Of a stretch of 64,000 nucleotides of DNA, positions 28,142-38,607 are shown piece after piece. The number at the start of each line of letters is the position of its first letter. The stretch's first letter is position 1. The notes beneath the pieces are model-generated. The model saw only the letters and a program-made list of their open reading frames with translations. It was not told the DNA's origin and ran no database searches. The DNA is from an uncultured archaeon (GTDB lineage Archaea; Aenigmatarchaeota; Aenigmatarchaeia; CG10238-14; SCSR01). Position numbers and translations under genes: made by a program. The stretch is from NCBI GenBank assembly GCA_964537835.1, contig CAZICS010000002.1, forward strand, positions 10,356 through 74,355, given 5' to 3'.

Positions 28142-28181
28142 TAAATAAACTATAAATTTTGAAATTTAATTCTTTCTATTT

Positions 28182-31100
28182 ATGAGAGCTTACTACAATT
28201 CCCTTTGTCTGAACTGCAACGGAAGAATTTCGGATGAAAGATTGCTCAAGCTAGGCTTATGCGAGAATTGTGTTCCATTAGCTCCCAAAACAAGAAAAGA
28301 AATTCTTAAAGTTTTAACTAGAGAAAACAAGCTTTGGAACTATAAGAGTTTGCTAGAATTAGAAGAAAGTTATGAAGAATTTTCTAAATTTTTCAAAAAA
28401 GCTATTGGACAAAGGATGTGGTCCTTACAGCAAGTTTGGATAAGGAGGATAATGCTTAGAAGATCCTTTTCTTTACTCGCGCCCACAGGAGTAGGAAAAA
28501 CTTCCCTAGGCCTATTGTACGCTCTTTTCATTTCCCTCAAAAACAAGAAGAGCTATATAATAGTTCCAACTAGCATTCTAGTAGAGCAGCTAGCAAGAAA
28601 AGTAGAGGAATTGGCTGAAAAGTTAGGAGTGGATTTTGATTTTGTCTACTATCTTGCAACTATGAAGAAAAGGAAAAAGGAAGAATGCTTGGAAAGAATT
28701 AGAAATGGTAACTTCAAGATTCTAATCTCTACAGAAAGGTTTTTGATAAACAACTTTGAAAGCATAAGGTCCAACAATTTTGATTTCATTTTTATAGACG
28801 ATGTCGATTCTTTCCTTAAGTCAAGAAAAAATATAGATAAGGTTTTGATTTGTCTAGGTTTTTCAGAAGAAATAGTAAACGATTCTCTAAGACTTTTAGA
28901 ATTGAGAAAAGAGCTTAACAAGCTCAAGAAAATGAAAGTTTCGACCAAGAAAATTTCGAAAGAAATAGAGAGAATAAGGAAAAGGGTTGAAGAGTTTAAG
29001 CTAAGGAATAGGATTGGGATACTCGTAGTTTCGGGTGCTACTACAAAAGCTAAGAGAACGAAGAGAGTAAAACTTTTTAAAGAGCTTCTAGGCTTTGAGT
29101 TGGGCTATTTACCTCAATTCCTAAGGAATATAAGAGATTTTTATAAAGAGAGTAAGGAACTTGAAAAAGATACTCTCGAAATAATTAGGAAATTCGGTTC
29201 TGGTTGCTTGATTTTCGTTCCGATGGAAAAAGGAAAGGCTTATGCAAAGAATTTGGCTGAATACTTGAAGGCTAACGGAATTAATTCTTATGTTTACGAG
29301 AAAATGGAAGAAGATATTCTGGAAAATTTTGAGAATGGATTCTACGATTGCTTGGTTGGGGTTGCGAGCTTTCGGTCTCCTTTAGCAAGGGGAATCGATC
29401 TACCAGAAAGAATAAGGTATGTAATTTTTACAGGCATACCAAGGTTTGAGATAAGGTTGAGTGCAAAGGAATTCAATCCGACTAAGCTTTTGACTTTGAT
29501 TAAGAACATAAGAGAGTTTTTCGACGAAAAAACAAAAGAAAAAATTGATGATGTAATTGCGCAGCTCAAGAAAATAATTCCCTTAAGCAAAGAAGTAATT
29601 CAAAAGATTGAGGAAGCTTGTTCGAATAACTTAAGCCTAGAAGGTTTTGAAGGTTTTGCTCAAAAGATTATAATCAGGACGCAAAAGTTTTTGGAAAAAC
29701 TTCTTACAAGAGATTTGATAGAAAAAATTAGAAAGGATGAGACGATAAGCCTAAAGGAAAAGGCTAACGAATTTTATTTGATAATTTCAGACCCAGTTGC
29801 TTACATCCAAGCTTCTGGAAGGGCCTCTCGCCTATTTGCTGGTGGAATCTCAAGAGGAGCTAGCATTCTGTTGGTCGACGATAGAAAAGCTTTTAATGGG
29901 CTTGTTGAAAAGCTAAGCTATTTCCTCGAAGACATAAGCTGGGAAAGGTTTGAGCTTAAAAAGCTTGCTAGATGGTTTAAGCAAGTAGATAAGGATAGGA
30001 AGCTAATAAAAGAAATTTCAGAAGGTAAAGTTTCGAAGCGAATCAAGGATTATATTAAAGCTGCTCTTTTGATAGTAGAATCTCCAACAAAGGCAAAAAC
30101 TATTGCAAAATTTTTTGGAAAGCCGAGTAAAAGGTTAGTTGGTAATTTGACTGTCTATGAAACGAGTACTGGAGAGTATATATTGAACATAGTTGCAACC
30201 ATGGGTCATCTCTACGATTTAATCTTTTCGGAAGGTTTTCATGGCGTGCTTAAAAAAGAAAACAATTTTTATCCAATCTACGATTTCATCAAGAAATGTT
30301 TAAAGTGCGGACATCAGTTTACCGAATACGATTCTTGCCCTAAATGTAAAAGTTTGGAAATAGTTTCGAAGGAAAGTATAGTTGATTCCTTAAGAAAGAT
30401 AGCACTAGAGACTAACCTAATTTTTATAGCAACAGACCCTGATGCAGAAGGGGAAAAGATTGCTTACGATTTGTACTGCAGCCTTTACCCAATAAATAGC
30501 AAAATTTATAGGTTAGAGTTTCATGAGATAACTAAGAAAGCTATACTGAATGCGATCGCCAACAAGAGAGGAATAAACTTTAACCTGGTTGAAGCCCAGA
30601 TAGTAAGAAGGATAGAAGATAGATGGATAGGATTTGAATTGAGCCAGATTCTTTGGAAAGTTTTTAAAAACAGAAAGCTTTCTGCAGGAAGGGTTCAAAC
30701 CCCGGTTCTAGGATGGATAATCAAAAGGACTAAAGAAAGCTGGGAGAAAAAAATTGTCTTGAATGCAAAGTTAGAAAACAACCTTTCGATAAGAATAGAA
30801 GAACCCAAGCTTGAATTCGATTTCAGGGAAATTTACAAAAAAGCTAGAGAAGAGAAAGCAAAAGTTGAAGTTGTGAAGGAAGAAATTAGAAAAGTTTATC
30901 CCTTACCTCCTTATACTACCGATACTTTGCTCAAGGACGCTTCCCTAAAACTAAATTTTTCGGTAAACCAAACCATGAGAATTGCCCAAGATTTGTTTGA
31001 ATGCGGGCTGATAACTTATCATAGAACAGATTCCACAAGCGTTTCAACTTTTGGGATTAACCTGGCAAAAGATTATATTCAAAAGAATTTTGGAGAAGAG

Positions 31101-31784
31101 TTTTTTGTTGGAAGAAGCTATAGGAAGGAGGGGGCTCATGAATGTATTAGACCGACTAGAGCTATAGATCCAGCTAAACTTAAAGATTTGATTTTTTCAG
31201 GCAGAATAAGGTTTGTCAAAGCTTTGAGTAAAGAGCATTATATGCTTTACGATTTGATTTTCAAAAGGTTTATAGCAAGCCAAATGAGAGAAATTGAAGT
31301 TAAGTATCAAATTCTTAAAATTAAGGTTTTTGGGAATGAAGCAAGCTTGGAGTTAGCAATCGAAATTGTTAAGGAAGGCTTTAACAAGCTAGTTCATTTT
31401 GAAGTGAAGAGAAGAGTGGAAAGCGGGCTTTACAGAATAATCTTTGCAAGAATAAAAAGAGTTCCGAAAGCCTGGCCATTTTCGCAAGGAGAGGTTGTTG
31501 GTTTGATGAAGGAGAGAAATATAGGAAGGCCTAGCACCTATTCAAAAATTGTTCAAGTTTTGTTGGAAAAAAAATATGTGGTTGAAAAGAAGAATAAGCT
31601 AGTGAACACAAAGCTTGGTTTCAAGGTTTATAATTTCTTGATTAAAAATTATGGAGAATACATAAGCGAGGAAGTTACTCGAAAATTAGAAGCTATTATG
31701 GATAGGATTAAGGAAGGAAAAGAAGCTTATACGAATGTCTTGAATGAACTTTATGCTGAAATAATGAGATTAAAAGCTAGATGA
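28182..31784 (+). CDS. rgy: Reverse gyrase (helicase-like domain fused to a type IA topoisomerase)
   Basis: N-terminal Zn finger (CLNCNG...CENC), Walker A APTGVGKT, DDVD box, Toprim (VESPTKAKTI, DPDAEGEKIA) and topo IA catalytic region (ITYHRTDS). 1200 aa. Confidence 0.95.
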   Translation: MRAYYNSLCLNCNGRISDERLLKLGLCENCVPLAPKTRKEILKVLTRENKLWNYKSLLELEESYEEFSKFFKKAIGQRMWSLQQVWIRRIMLRRSFSLLAPTGVGKTSLGLLYALFISLKNKKSYIIVPTSILVEQLARKVEELAEKLGVDFDFVYYLATMKKRKKEECLERIRNGNFKILISTERFLINNFESIRSNNFDFIFIDDVDSFLKSRKNIDKVLICLGFSEEIVNDSLRLLELRKELNKLKKMKVSTKKISKEIERIRKRVEEFKLRNRIGILVVSGATTKAKRTKRVKLFKELLGFELGYLPQFLRNIRDFYKESKELEKDTLEIIRKFGSGCLIFVPMEKGKAYAKNLAEYLKANGINSYVYEKMEEDILENFENGFYDCLVGVASFRSPLARGIDLPERIRYVIFTGIPRFEIRLSAKEFNPTKLLTLIKNIREFFDEKTKEKIDDVIAQLKKIIPLSKEVIQKIEEACSNNLSLEGFEGFAQKIIIRTQKFLEKLLTRDLIEKIRKDETISLKEKANEFYLIISDPVAYIQASGRASRLFAGGISRGASILLVDDRKAFNGLVEKLSYFLEDISWERFELKKLARWFKQVDKDRKLIKEISEGKVSKRIKDYIKAALLIVESPTKAKTIAKFFGKPSKRLVGNLTVYETSTGEYILNIVATMGHLYDLIFSEGFHGVLKKENNFYPIYDFIKKCLKCGHQFTEYDSCPKCKSLEIVSKESIVDSLRKIALETNLIFIATDPDAEGEKIAYDLYCSLYPINSKIYRLEFHEITKKAILNAIANKRGINFNLVEAQIVRRIEDRWIGFELSQILWKVFKNRKLSAGRVQTPVLGWIIKRTKESWEKKIVLNAKLENNLSIRIEEPKLEFDFREIYKKAREEKAKVEVVKEEIRKVYPLPPYTTDTLLKDASLKLNFSVNQTMRIAQDLFECGLITYHRTDSTSVSTFGINLAKDYIQKNFGEEFFVGRSYRKEGAHECIRPTRAIDPAKLKDLIFSGRIRFVKALSKEHYMLYDLIFKRFIASQMREIEVKYQILKIKVFGNEASLELAIEIVKEGFNKLVHFEVKRRVESGLYRIIFARIKRVPKAWPFSQGEVVGLMKERNIGRPSTYSKIVQVLLEKKYVVEKKNKLVNTKLGFKVYNFLIKNYGEYISEEVTRKLEAIMDRIKEGKEAYTNVLNELYAEIMRLKAR

Positions 31785-33144
31785 ATAAATACCTTTCAAC
31801 TTCCCATGGATGAACTTGTGTCCTATACTCATCCCATTGCCTTTCATGCATTTCATAGAGCTTTTTTTGGATGAAGCTGCCCAAAGCATTTTCAACTATT
31901 TTACTCTTTCTCGTAAGTTCCATAGCCTCTCCCAAAGACCTGGGCAAAGTCTCTATGTAAAACTCCTTTAACTTTGCATCATCGAAATGATAAACGTCTT
32001 CTTCTATAGAATCAGGAAGTTCTATTTTCTTATCTATTCCGTATAAGCCAGCTTCAAGCATTACAGCATAGCCAAGGAAAGGATTCATAGAAGGGTCTGG
32101 CCATCTTGCTTCTAGCCTAGTTTCCTTCTCCTTTCCAGGAAAGTATTCTGGTTTCCTTATTAGGGCAGACCTATTCCTAGTTCCCCAGCAAACGTAAACA
32201 GGTGCTTCATAACCAACTACTAATCTTTTATAAGAATTGACAGTAGGATTAGTCACTCCAACTATCTCTTTCACGCATTTTAATTGTCCGGCGAGGAAAT
32301 GCTTTGCTAAGGAAGAAAGATGATATTCGTCTTTTTCATCGAAGAACAAGTTTTCCCCATTTTTCATAAGACTTTGATGGGTATGGGCTCCCGAGCCATA
32401 GACTCCATAAATTGGTTTTGGCATGAAGCTTGCGAGCAGACCATTTTCAGCGCTTGAGGTCTTAACGCAAAGCTTATAGTTCACGAAGTTTATGGCAGAT
32501 CTTAAGGCAGAATCATGCTTATAATCTATTTCATACTGACCCTTCGCTACCTCATGGTGCCCTTTACAGACTGTAAGACCTAAAGCTTGCATGTAATCTA
32601 TAGCTCTGTTCAAAGCTAGAGTCGTTTTGTGTAAAGGAGCATAGTCGAAATATCCGTAGACATCAGTTTTCAAAGGCCTGGTTATTATATCGTCTTTCAT
32701 CTCAAAAAGGAAAAACTCGATTTCGGAGCTTACTTGATAGGTTGTTCCTTTACCAAGCTTTCTCTCCAGCTTTTTCTCGCATCTTTTTAAAGCATAAATT
32801 GGGTCGCCTTCAAAAGGAAATCCCCCAGGTTTTAGGACTTCGCAAATAATCCTCCCTTCTTTTATCTCGTTTATTCTCCAAGGAAAAATTTTAAAGGTTG
32901 ATAGATCAGGCTTTAAGACCAAGTCGCTTTCAGCTATCCTAACAAAACCTTCTATCGAAGAACCATCAAAACCAACACCATTCTCCAGATAATCTTCAAA
33001 ATCCTTTAAGTTTTTTTCGGCCGTAGGTACGCTAACGCTTTTTAAGTTGCCGACAATATCGACGAACTGAAAATGGACTCTTTTTACCTTTTCTTTTTTT
33101 ACCGTTTCTAATATGCTATTTAACCCTTCCTTCTCTTTGTTCAT
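31777..33144 (-). CDS. glnA: Glutamine synthetase, type I
   Basis: FDGSSIEGF, the KPIYGVYGSGAHTHQS region and NPTVNSYKRLV...EAP motifs. Confidence 0.9.
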   Translation of the reverse strand: MNKEKEGLNSILETVKKEKVKRVHFQFVDIVGNLKSVSVPTAEKNLKDFEDYLENGVGFDGSSIEGFVRIAESDLVLKPDLSTFKIFPWRINEIKEGRIICEVLKPGGFPFEGDPIYALKRCEKKLERKLGKGTTYQVSSEIEFFLFEMKDDIITRPLKTDVYGYFDYAPLHKTTLALNRAIDYMQALGLTVCKGHHEVAKGQYEIDYKHDSALRSAINFVNYKLCVKTSSAENGLLASFMPKPIYGVYGSGAHTHQSLMKNGENLFFDEKDEYHLSSLAKHFLAGQLKCVKEIVGVTNPTVNSYKRLVVGYEAPVYVCWGTRNRSALIRKPEYFPGKEKETRLEARWPDPSMNPFLGYAVMLEAGLYGIDKKIELPDSIEEDVYHFDDAKLKEFYIETLPRSLGEAMELTRKSKIVENALGSFIQKKLYEMHERQWDEYRTQVHPWEVERYLFI

Positions 33145-33240
33145 TCATTACTTTTAAATCTAAAAATATAAATTTTTATAGTCTTGAAAATTGAACAAAA
33201 ATTCAAAAAATTTAATTTTATATTAACAAATATTTAATAG

Positions 33241-33696
33241 ATGAGGAGAAAGATAGAACTGGATGAGATAGACGTTAAAATCCTCAAGCTCTTGCTTTCA
33301 AACTCAAGGCTTTCTTTCAGAGAAATGGCCAGACATCTTAATCTATCAGTCGGTACAGTCATTTCTAGGATAAAATCGATGGAAAACGAAAGAATAATAA
33401 AGGGGTATGCAGCAATAGTTGACCACGAAAAGCTTGGCTATGAGTTGACTGCAGTGATAGAAATAACAGTTTCTAAGGGAAAGCTTCTGGAAGTTGAGAA
33501 AGAGGTAGCTAAGCTTAAGAATGTTTGTGCAGTTTATGACATCACTGGCTTGACAGATGCTTTGGTCATAGCTAAGTTTAGACGAAGACAGGAATTGAGC
33601 GAATTTGTCAAAAAAATTCTAGCGATGCCTTTTGTCGAAAGAACTAATACGCATTTAGTTTTGACTACAGTAAAAGAGGATTTTAGGTTAATTTAA
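33241..33696 (+). CDS. Lrp/AsnC-family transcriptional regulator
   Basis: N-terminal HTH (LDEIDVKILKLLLSNSRLSFREMARHLNLSVGTVISRI) plus a RAM domain. Divergent from glnA. Confidence 0.85.
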   Translation: MRRKIELDEIDVKILKLLLSNSRLSFREMARHLNLSVGTVISRIKSMENERIIKGYAAIVDHEKLGYELTAVIEITVSKGKLLEVEKEVAKLKNVCAVYDITGLTDALVIAKFRRRQELSEFVKKILAMPFVERTNTHLVLTTVKEDFRLI

Positions 33697-33722
33697 TTTT
33701 AACTCATTACGAATTATATATT

Positions 33723-34811
33723 ATGAAAACAATAGCAAAGGTTTTCTTTCTAATTCTTATTTTATTTGCTTTTGGACTAATTTTTTTCGAATATTACCAT
33801 AATCCAGTCTTTTTAGAGGCATCGAATTCTTTAAAAATTTTGAATGAAACTTTCGAGAAAATGAAAAGTCTCAAAAACTGGACAATAACTTACAAAATAT
33901 TTATAAGGAGTTTGAATAAATCAGAGACAGGCAAAGCTTTTTTCACCGGAGAGGATAAAAAAAGTAGAGTTGTTTTAATCTTCCAAACTTATCCTTCAAA
34001 CTTCTATTTCTCTCCGATATATCCCCTTCCCGTCTCAATTCATCATTTTTATCTTACATGGGAAATTAATGGTTTAAAGGAAAAATATAATTACACCTAT
34101 CCACCTCCAGAAGGAAATTTTACCTGTCATAAAGTTTCTCTGATAGAACCCAGTTATTATTGTAAGCCAATTAATTTTAGTGAATTTTTTCTTCCTCTGT
34201 TTTTTCAAATAGATTTAAGAAAGTGGGAGGAAATAGGTTTGACTCAAGTTTCCTATCTTGGAAAGGAAAAAATTTTGGGAAGAGAATGCTTTAGTTTTAG
34301 ATATGATATCGACTTAAGAGTTTTTAAAGAAACTGAGTTTTCTCATTGGATAAGCAATAAGACTCTAAATCTAACTTTCTTTTCGTGTTACGATGAGGAA
34401 ACAGGAATGCCTTTTATTGCCAAGATTAAAATGGGGATGAAAAGATATACAGTAGAAATGGATTACGAGGTCGTTAACTTTACTGAAAGAGTCGAAAATT
34501 TGCCTTACATTCCGAAGTATGAATTACTTGAAAGTTTTTGCGACCACACTTCTAATGAAATAAAATTTAAAATGAGAGCGCTTGAAGACTTGCCTGCTCA
34601 AAAAGCTTTTATACTCCTGGAGGAAGAAAAAACTAAATCAGAAGTTTTTCTTGATAGCACAAGAAAAGGTAAAACTAAAATAATTAATTTTACTTCGCCT
34701 ATTGATTTGGGTTATAAGAGAATTTATCAGGGTAAGTTCTATATAAATAATTCCTTGGCATGGGTTATATTTGCATTTTATTGTGATGCCCAGTGGAAGA
34801 GACCTTGGTAA
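33723..34811 (+). CDS. Hypothetical N-terminally anchored/secreted protein rich in N-x-S/T sequons
   Basis: Signal/anchor MKTIAKVFFLILILFAFGLIFF. Many NxS/T sites (NET, NWT, NKS, NYT, NFT, NFS, NKT, NLT...). Confidence 0.5.
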   Translation: MKTIAKVFFLILILFAFGLIFFEYYHNPVFLEASNSLKILNETFEKMKSLKNWTITYKIFIRSLNKSETGKAFFTGEDKKSRVVLIFQTYPSNFYFSPIYPLPVSIHHFYLTWEINGLKEKYNYTYPPPEGNFTCHKVSLIEPSYYCKPINFSEFFLPLFFQIDLRKWEEIGLTQVSYLGKEKILGRECFSFRYDIDLRVFKETEFSHWISNKTLNLTFFSCYDEETGMPFIAKIKMGMKRYTVEMDYEVVNFTERVENLPYIPKYELLESFCDHTSNEIKFKMRALEDLPAQKAFILLEEEKTKSEVFLDSTRKGKTKIINFTSPIDLGYKRIYQGKFYINNSLAWVIFAFYCDAQWKRPW

Positions 34812-34909
34812 TTATTTTTCTAAAAGCTACAATCACATCCTTATCTTTCAAAATATAACCATGGAAGAAGTTTATTTAAATTTTAAGGTAAAAAAAACTA
34901 AATTTAACT

Positions 34910-35537
34910 ATGGAAACTGCGGTAAAACTTTTCTTTTTAATACTTATTCTATCTGCATCTGGATTAATTTTCTTTGTAGGATATTATTATAACTGGTTTT
35001 TATCTTTCAGATATCTCGTCTGGAACAACTATTAGTTTTAGATTTAGTTCAATAAATGACTCTTATTCACGACAATTTGTAATAGGGATAGACTGTCCAG
35101 AAGTTAAAGGAAAAAGAGTTTACCCCCCTTATTATGAGTGTAAGAACTGCTCTAACGGTAAATATTGTTCTATGGGCACTTCTAGATATTCAAGCTATAC
35201 TTTTGATTCAGATTATCCCGGTTCTCATGAGATTTGTGTATGGCCGACAAGCGAGAAAGGATATATATGGAGGTTGGAATACTATGGCATAAGTAAAAAA
35301 ATAAAATTAGAGTCAGAAGTTTCGTTTGATGGAGCTACTAAAGGTGAAATAAAAATACTCAATTTTACTCTTCCTCGATCTCTAGAAAAAAATGAAGTCT
35401 ATTGGGTTTATTTCTACATAAACAATGTCAAACAATATACCTCTTGCTCTACCTATAAATCTAGAGCCTATCCTTTAACAGATTTCTTCGCTAAAATAAT
35501 CGAAAAACTTAGGAACATAACCCAATCTATCTTCTAA
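34910..35537 (+). pseudogene. Paralog of the 33723..34811 gene, apparently frameshifted in a T5 run (or an assembly error)
   Basis: ATG 34910 encodes METAVKLFFLILILSASGLIFFVGYYYNWF... and stops at 35033. A second frame is open from 34980 through 35537. The frames overlap at TTTTT (34997-35001). The C-terminal motif K.EIKILNFTLP...FYINN matches KTKIINFTSP...FYINN of the upstream gene. Confidence 0.45.
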
Positions 35538-36687
35538 AAGCTATTTCGATTACATCCTTATCCTTTAAAACATAATCAGCGGACAACCTCTTTTTTGTCC
35601 TGGCATCTATTCCACAAATAAACTTTTCCCCAATCTCAGTATGAATTTTAAAAGCAAATTCCTTTAAAGTAGTTCCTTTAGGCACAAGAAAGACATCTGG
35701 CAAGACATTTCCTTCCCTATCGCACAGCTTGTTAGAATCTGCAACAGGGTAGACGGCTATGTAGTTAAGCAACTCAAACACAGCTTTATTCAAGCTTGCT
35801 TGAATTCCTGTCGATCCATACTTTTCAATAACCCTTTCCCTTATGAGCTTTAAGGCTTTTAACTGCCTTTCATCAAGCTTGCTTTCATTCAAAATCTTAA
35901 AATCATTTCCTGGTAAATATTCTATTAAATTTTTCTCTGCAGCTTTTTTCAAGGCAATTTCAGCCTCAGCACTCGTAGGAACTATATGCTCATACCTTTC
36001 CTTCAATAGTTCAAAATTAGCTTGAGCTTGGGGTAAATCTATCTTGTTTGCAGCTATTAAAATCGGCTTGGAAATTTTCCTTAGAACTTTTGCAAAATTT
36101 TCCACATCGCTTATAGAAGCTTTTTCCAAAGCCTTCTCTATATGTTCTTTTTTAACTTCTAAGCCAGACAATTGTTCAGCTAGCACTTGAACTAAATCTG
36201 CTTTAGAAAATTTTGCAATCTTTTTTTCAAATTTTTGGATAGCTCTCTTAATTATGGAAGCGAACCACAAGTCAATTTCTTTTTCTAAAAATTCTATGTC
36301 CAATCTTGGATCATGATTTTTTGCTGGTCTTCCTTCCTCATCAGTTAAGCCAGAAAAATCAACCACATGGATTAGAACAGAAGCTTGTCTTAAATCATCT
36401 AAGAATTGATTACCCAAACCTCTACCTTTATGAGCATCAGGGACCAATCCAGCCACATCCACAAGCTTAATCGGGATAAATCTTTTTCCATTCTTGCAAT
36501 ACCCTTTCCTTGGATTGCATTCAACTCCAAACTCTTTGCATACACAATCTATCGAAACCCAACCAACAGCTACATTAGGCTTAATTGTGGTGAATGGAAC
36601 AGGAGAAATTCCAACTTCAGCTAGAGTAGCTGCTTTTAAAAAGCTAGATTTCCCACTATTCGGCTTTCCTACTAAGCCAACTATCAT
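35527..36687 (-). CDS. OBG-HflX-like GTPase/ATPase of the YchF/OLA1-DRG type with C-terminal TGS domain
   Basis: G1 GKPNSGKSSF, G3 DVAGLV, G4 ANKID and a C-terminal TGS-like segment (DYVLKDKDVIEI). Confidence 0.75.
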   Translation of the reverse strand: MIVGLVGKPNSGKSSFLKAATLAEVGISPVPFTTIKPNVAVGWVSIDCVCKEFGVECNPRKGYCKNGKRFIPIKLVDVAGLVPDAHKGRGLGNQFLDDLRQASVLIHVVDFSGLTDEEGRPAKNHDPRLDIEFLEKEIDLWFASIIKRAIQKFEKKIAKFSKADLVQVLAEQLSGLEVKKEHIEKALEKASISDVENFAKVLRKISKPILIAANKIDLPQAQANFELLKERYEHIVPTSAEAEIALKKAAEKNLIEYLPGNDFKILNESKLDERQLKALKLIRERVIEKYGSTGIQASLNKAVFELLNYIAVYPVADSNKLCDREGNVLPDVFLVPKGTTLKEFAFKIHTEIGEKFICGIDARTKKRLSADYVLKDKDVIEIAFRR

Positions 36688-36740
36688 CCAAAAATACTTA
36701 TTTTTTAACCTTTAAATACAAATTTTCCTAAATTAAAAAC

Positions 36741-37550
36741 ATGGGCATAATTGAGGTAATTTCAAGGAGTTTAAGAGAAATGCTCTGGCCGAGAAGGTTT
36801 CTTCCTTTCTTCCTCTTATACCTCATCTTCTCGCTTTCCTTGTTGATATTTCTTTTGCCAATACTTTCCAGAGTTCCATCTCTTTATACTTCTCCTTCTT
36901 CAGTTGACATACAAATCTTCTATGCCAATTTTGCTGGTATGGCAATAGTTTTAATAGCTACAGTGTTGGTAAACATTTGGTTTAGTGGTGCCTTAATTTG
37001 GGATATAAAATCGAAGAAAGGTTTTGAAAAATGCTTGAATTATTCTAAAAAGATTTACTTGCAAATGTTTGCTCTTTACCTGGTCATTTGCATTTTGCTT
37101 TTGTTTACCTTCTTCCTCAAGAATTTTTCGATAATATTCCAAATCCTCATAGACTGGATTTTTATCTTCGCTTTGCCAGCTGTTGTCATAAAAAAGGATA
37201 GCTTTGACTTTGCTTTAGCAAGGAGCTTTAGCCTGGTAAAGAAAAAAGTCTTCAGTACTTTTTCTTTCTGGGCATTAACGCGATTCATAATTTTTATCAT
37301 ATTCCTATTCTCCCTTTTCATTTCAACGGCAATCCTTTTGCCCATATTTTCCGAGCTTAGGTTCGTTATTTCTTCGACTCAAACATTTCAGTCTTATGAG
37401 GTTACAAGAGCAATTTCTTTAATCCTCCAGAACTATCACTTATTAGTAATAGAGGCAATAGTCGTATCTTTCTTCATTTCGATAATGTACGTATTTAACC
37501 TAATTTCAAAAACTTACTATTTTCTTGAAATTTCGAAAAAAATTAGATGA
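36741..37550 (+). CDS. Hypothetical polytopic membrane protein
   Basis: Six or more hydrophobic segments; no motif recognised. Confidence 0.4.
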   Translation: MGIIEVISRSLREMLWPRRFLPFFLLYLIFSLSLLIFLLPILSRVPSLYTSPSSVDIQIFYANFAGMAIVLIATVLVNIWFSGALIWDIKSKKGFEKCLNYSKKIYLQMFALYLVICILLLFTFFLKNFSIIFQILIDWIFIFALPAVVIKKDSFDFALARSFSLVKKKVFSTFSFWALTRFIIFIIFLFSLFISTAILLPIFSELRFVISSTQTFQSYEVTRAISLILQNYHLLVIEAIVVSFFISIMYVFNLISKTYYFLEISKKIR

Positions 37551-38607
37551 TTTCTAACTTTTTAAGAACTTTTTCAACCTCTTTTTCCTTTCCTTTCTTT
37601 ATTTTTAGCTCATCGAGTATGGTATACCTTTTTCTCATTTTTGAAGCATGAGTTACTGCTTTAATCAAAATCTTGCGAGGAATTTCTATCTCTCTATAGT
37701 TTGTAGGAAGCTTTAAAGTTTTGAGAACCTCTTTAACAAATTCAAAATCTTTTCCTTGATAATAGCTCATTATTAAAGTCCCCAAAGCGACTTTTTCTCC
37801 ATGTAAAGCTTGGCTTGAGGGATAGAGCCAATCTATTGCATGAGCGAATAAATGCTCAGAGCCTGAGCATGGTCTAGAAGAGCCAGCTATACACATTGCA
37901 TAACCACAGCTTATCAAAGCTTCTGTTAAGAGCCTTACTGCCGACTCATAGTTTTCTTTATATCTTGATGCATTTTCCATTATGACAGAAGCTGCAAGAG
38001 AAGTTATTTGAGCTGCATACTCCCCATAATATTCTCCTTTTCTTTCCTTTGCAAGTTCCCAATCAGTTACTGCAGTATACTTTGCTATAACATCTCCAGC
38101 ACCTGAAGCAAAAAATCTAAAGGGAGCTTTGGCCAAATACTTCATATCAGCGACTATAGCAGCAGGTGGGTCTGAAAATAAGGAATGTTTTTTCTTTCTT
38201 TTAAAAAGACTCGAACAAGCAGAAGCTATGCCATCGTGCGAAGGAATAGTTGGAATGCTTAAATAAGGTATTTTGAGCTTGAAGGCAGCAGTTTTTGCAA
38301 TATCTATATTCTTCCCTCCTCCGATTCCCAATAAAACTTGAGCTTTTAAAGCCTTAGCTTTTTTCTCCACTTTTTTAACGTTTGAAAAATCTGCTTTGTT
38401 TACGATGAATGAACTAACTTCAAATCCATTTATTCTTAGGATTTTCTCTATTCTTTTTCCAGCAAGTTCAGAAGTTAAAGGTCCATGAACTAAGAAAGCA
38501 GAGAAAACCCCAAGCTCTTCCAAGAGATTCGGTATGGTTTTAATCGCATTCTTTCCTATTGCTATTCTCCAGGGTATTTTTATTAGATGGACCTTATGGA
38601 AAGGCAT
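37543..38607 (-). CDS. egsA: sn-Glycerol-1-phosphate dehydrogenase
   Basis: Fe/Zn-ADH-like fold: GIGGGKNIDIAK, PSHDGIAS and SGSEHLFAH...LHGEKV. Lies adjacent to the GGGP synthase gene. Confidence 0.8.
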   Translation of the reverse strand: MPFHKVHLIKIPWRIAIGKNAIKTIPNLLEELGVFSAFLVHGPLTSELAGKRIEKILRINGFEVSSFIVNKADFSNVKKVEKKAKALKAQVLLGIGGGKNIDIAKTAAFKLKIPYLSIPTIPSHDGIASACSSLFKRKKKHSLFSDPPAAIVADMKYLAKAPFRFFASGAGDVIAKYTAVTDWELAKERKGEYYGEYAAQITSLAASVIMENASRYKENYESAVRLLTEALISCGYAMCIAGSSRPCSGSEHLFAHAIDWLYPSSQALHGEKVALGTLIMSYYQGKDFEFVKEVLKTLKLPTNYREIEIPRKILIKAVTHASKMRKRYTILDELKIKKGKEKEVEKVLKKLEII

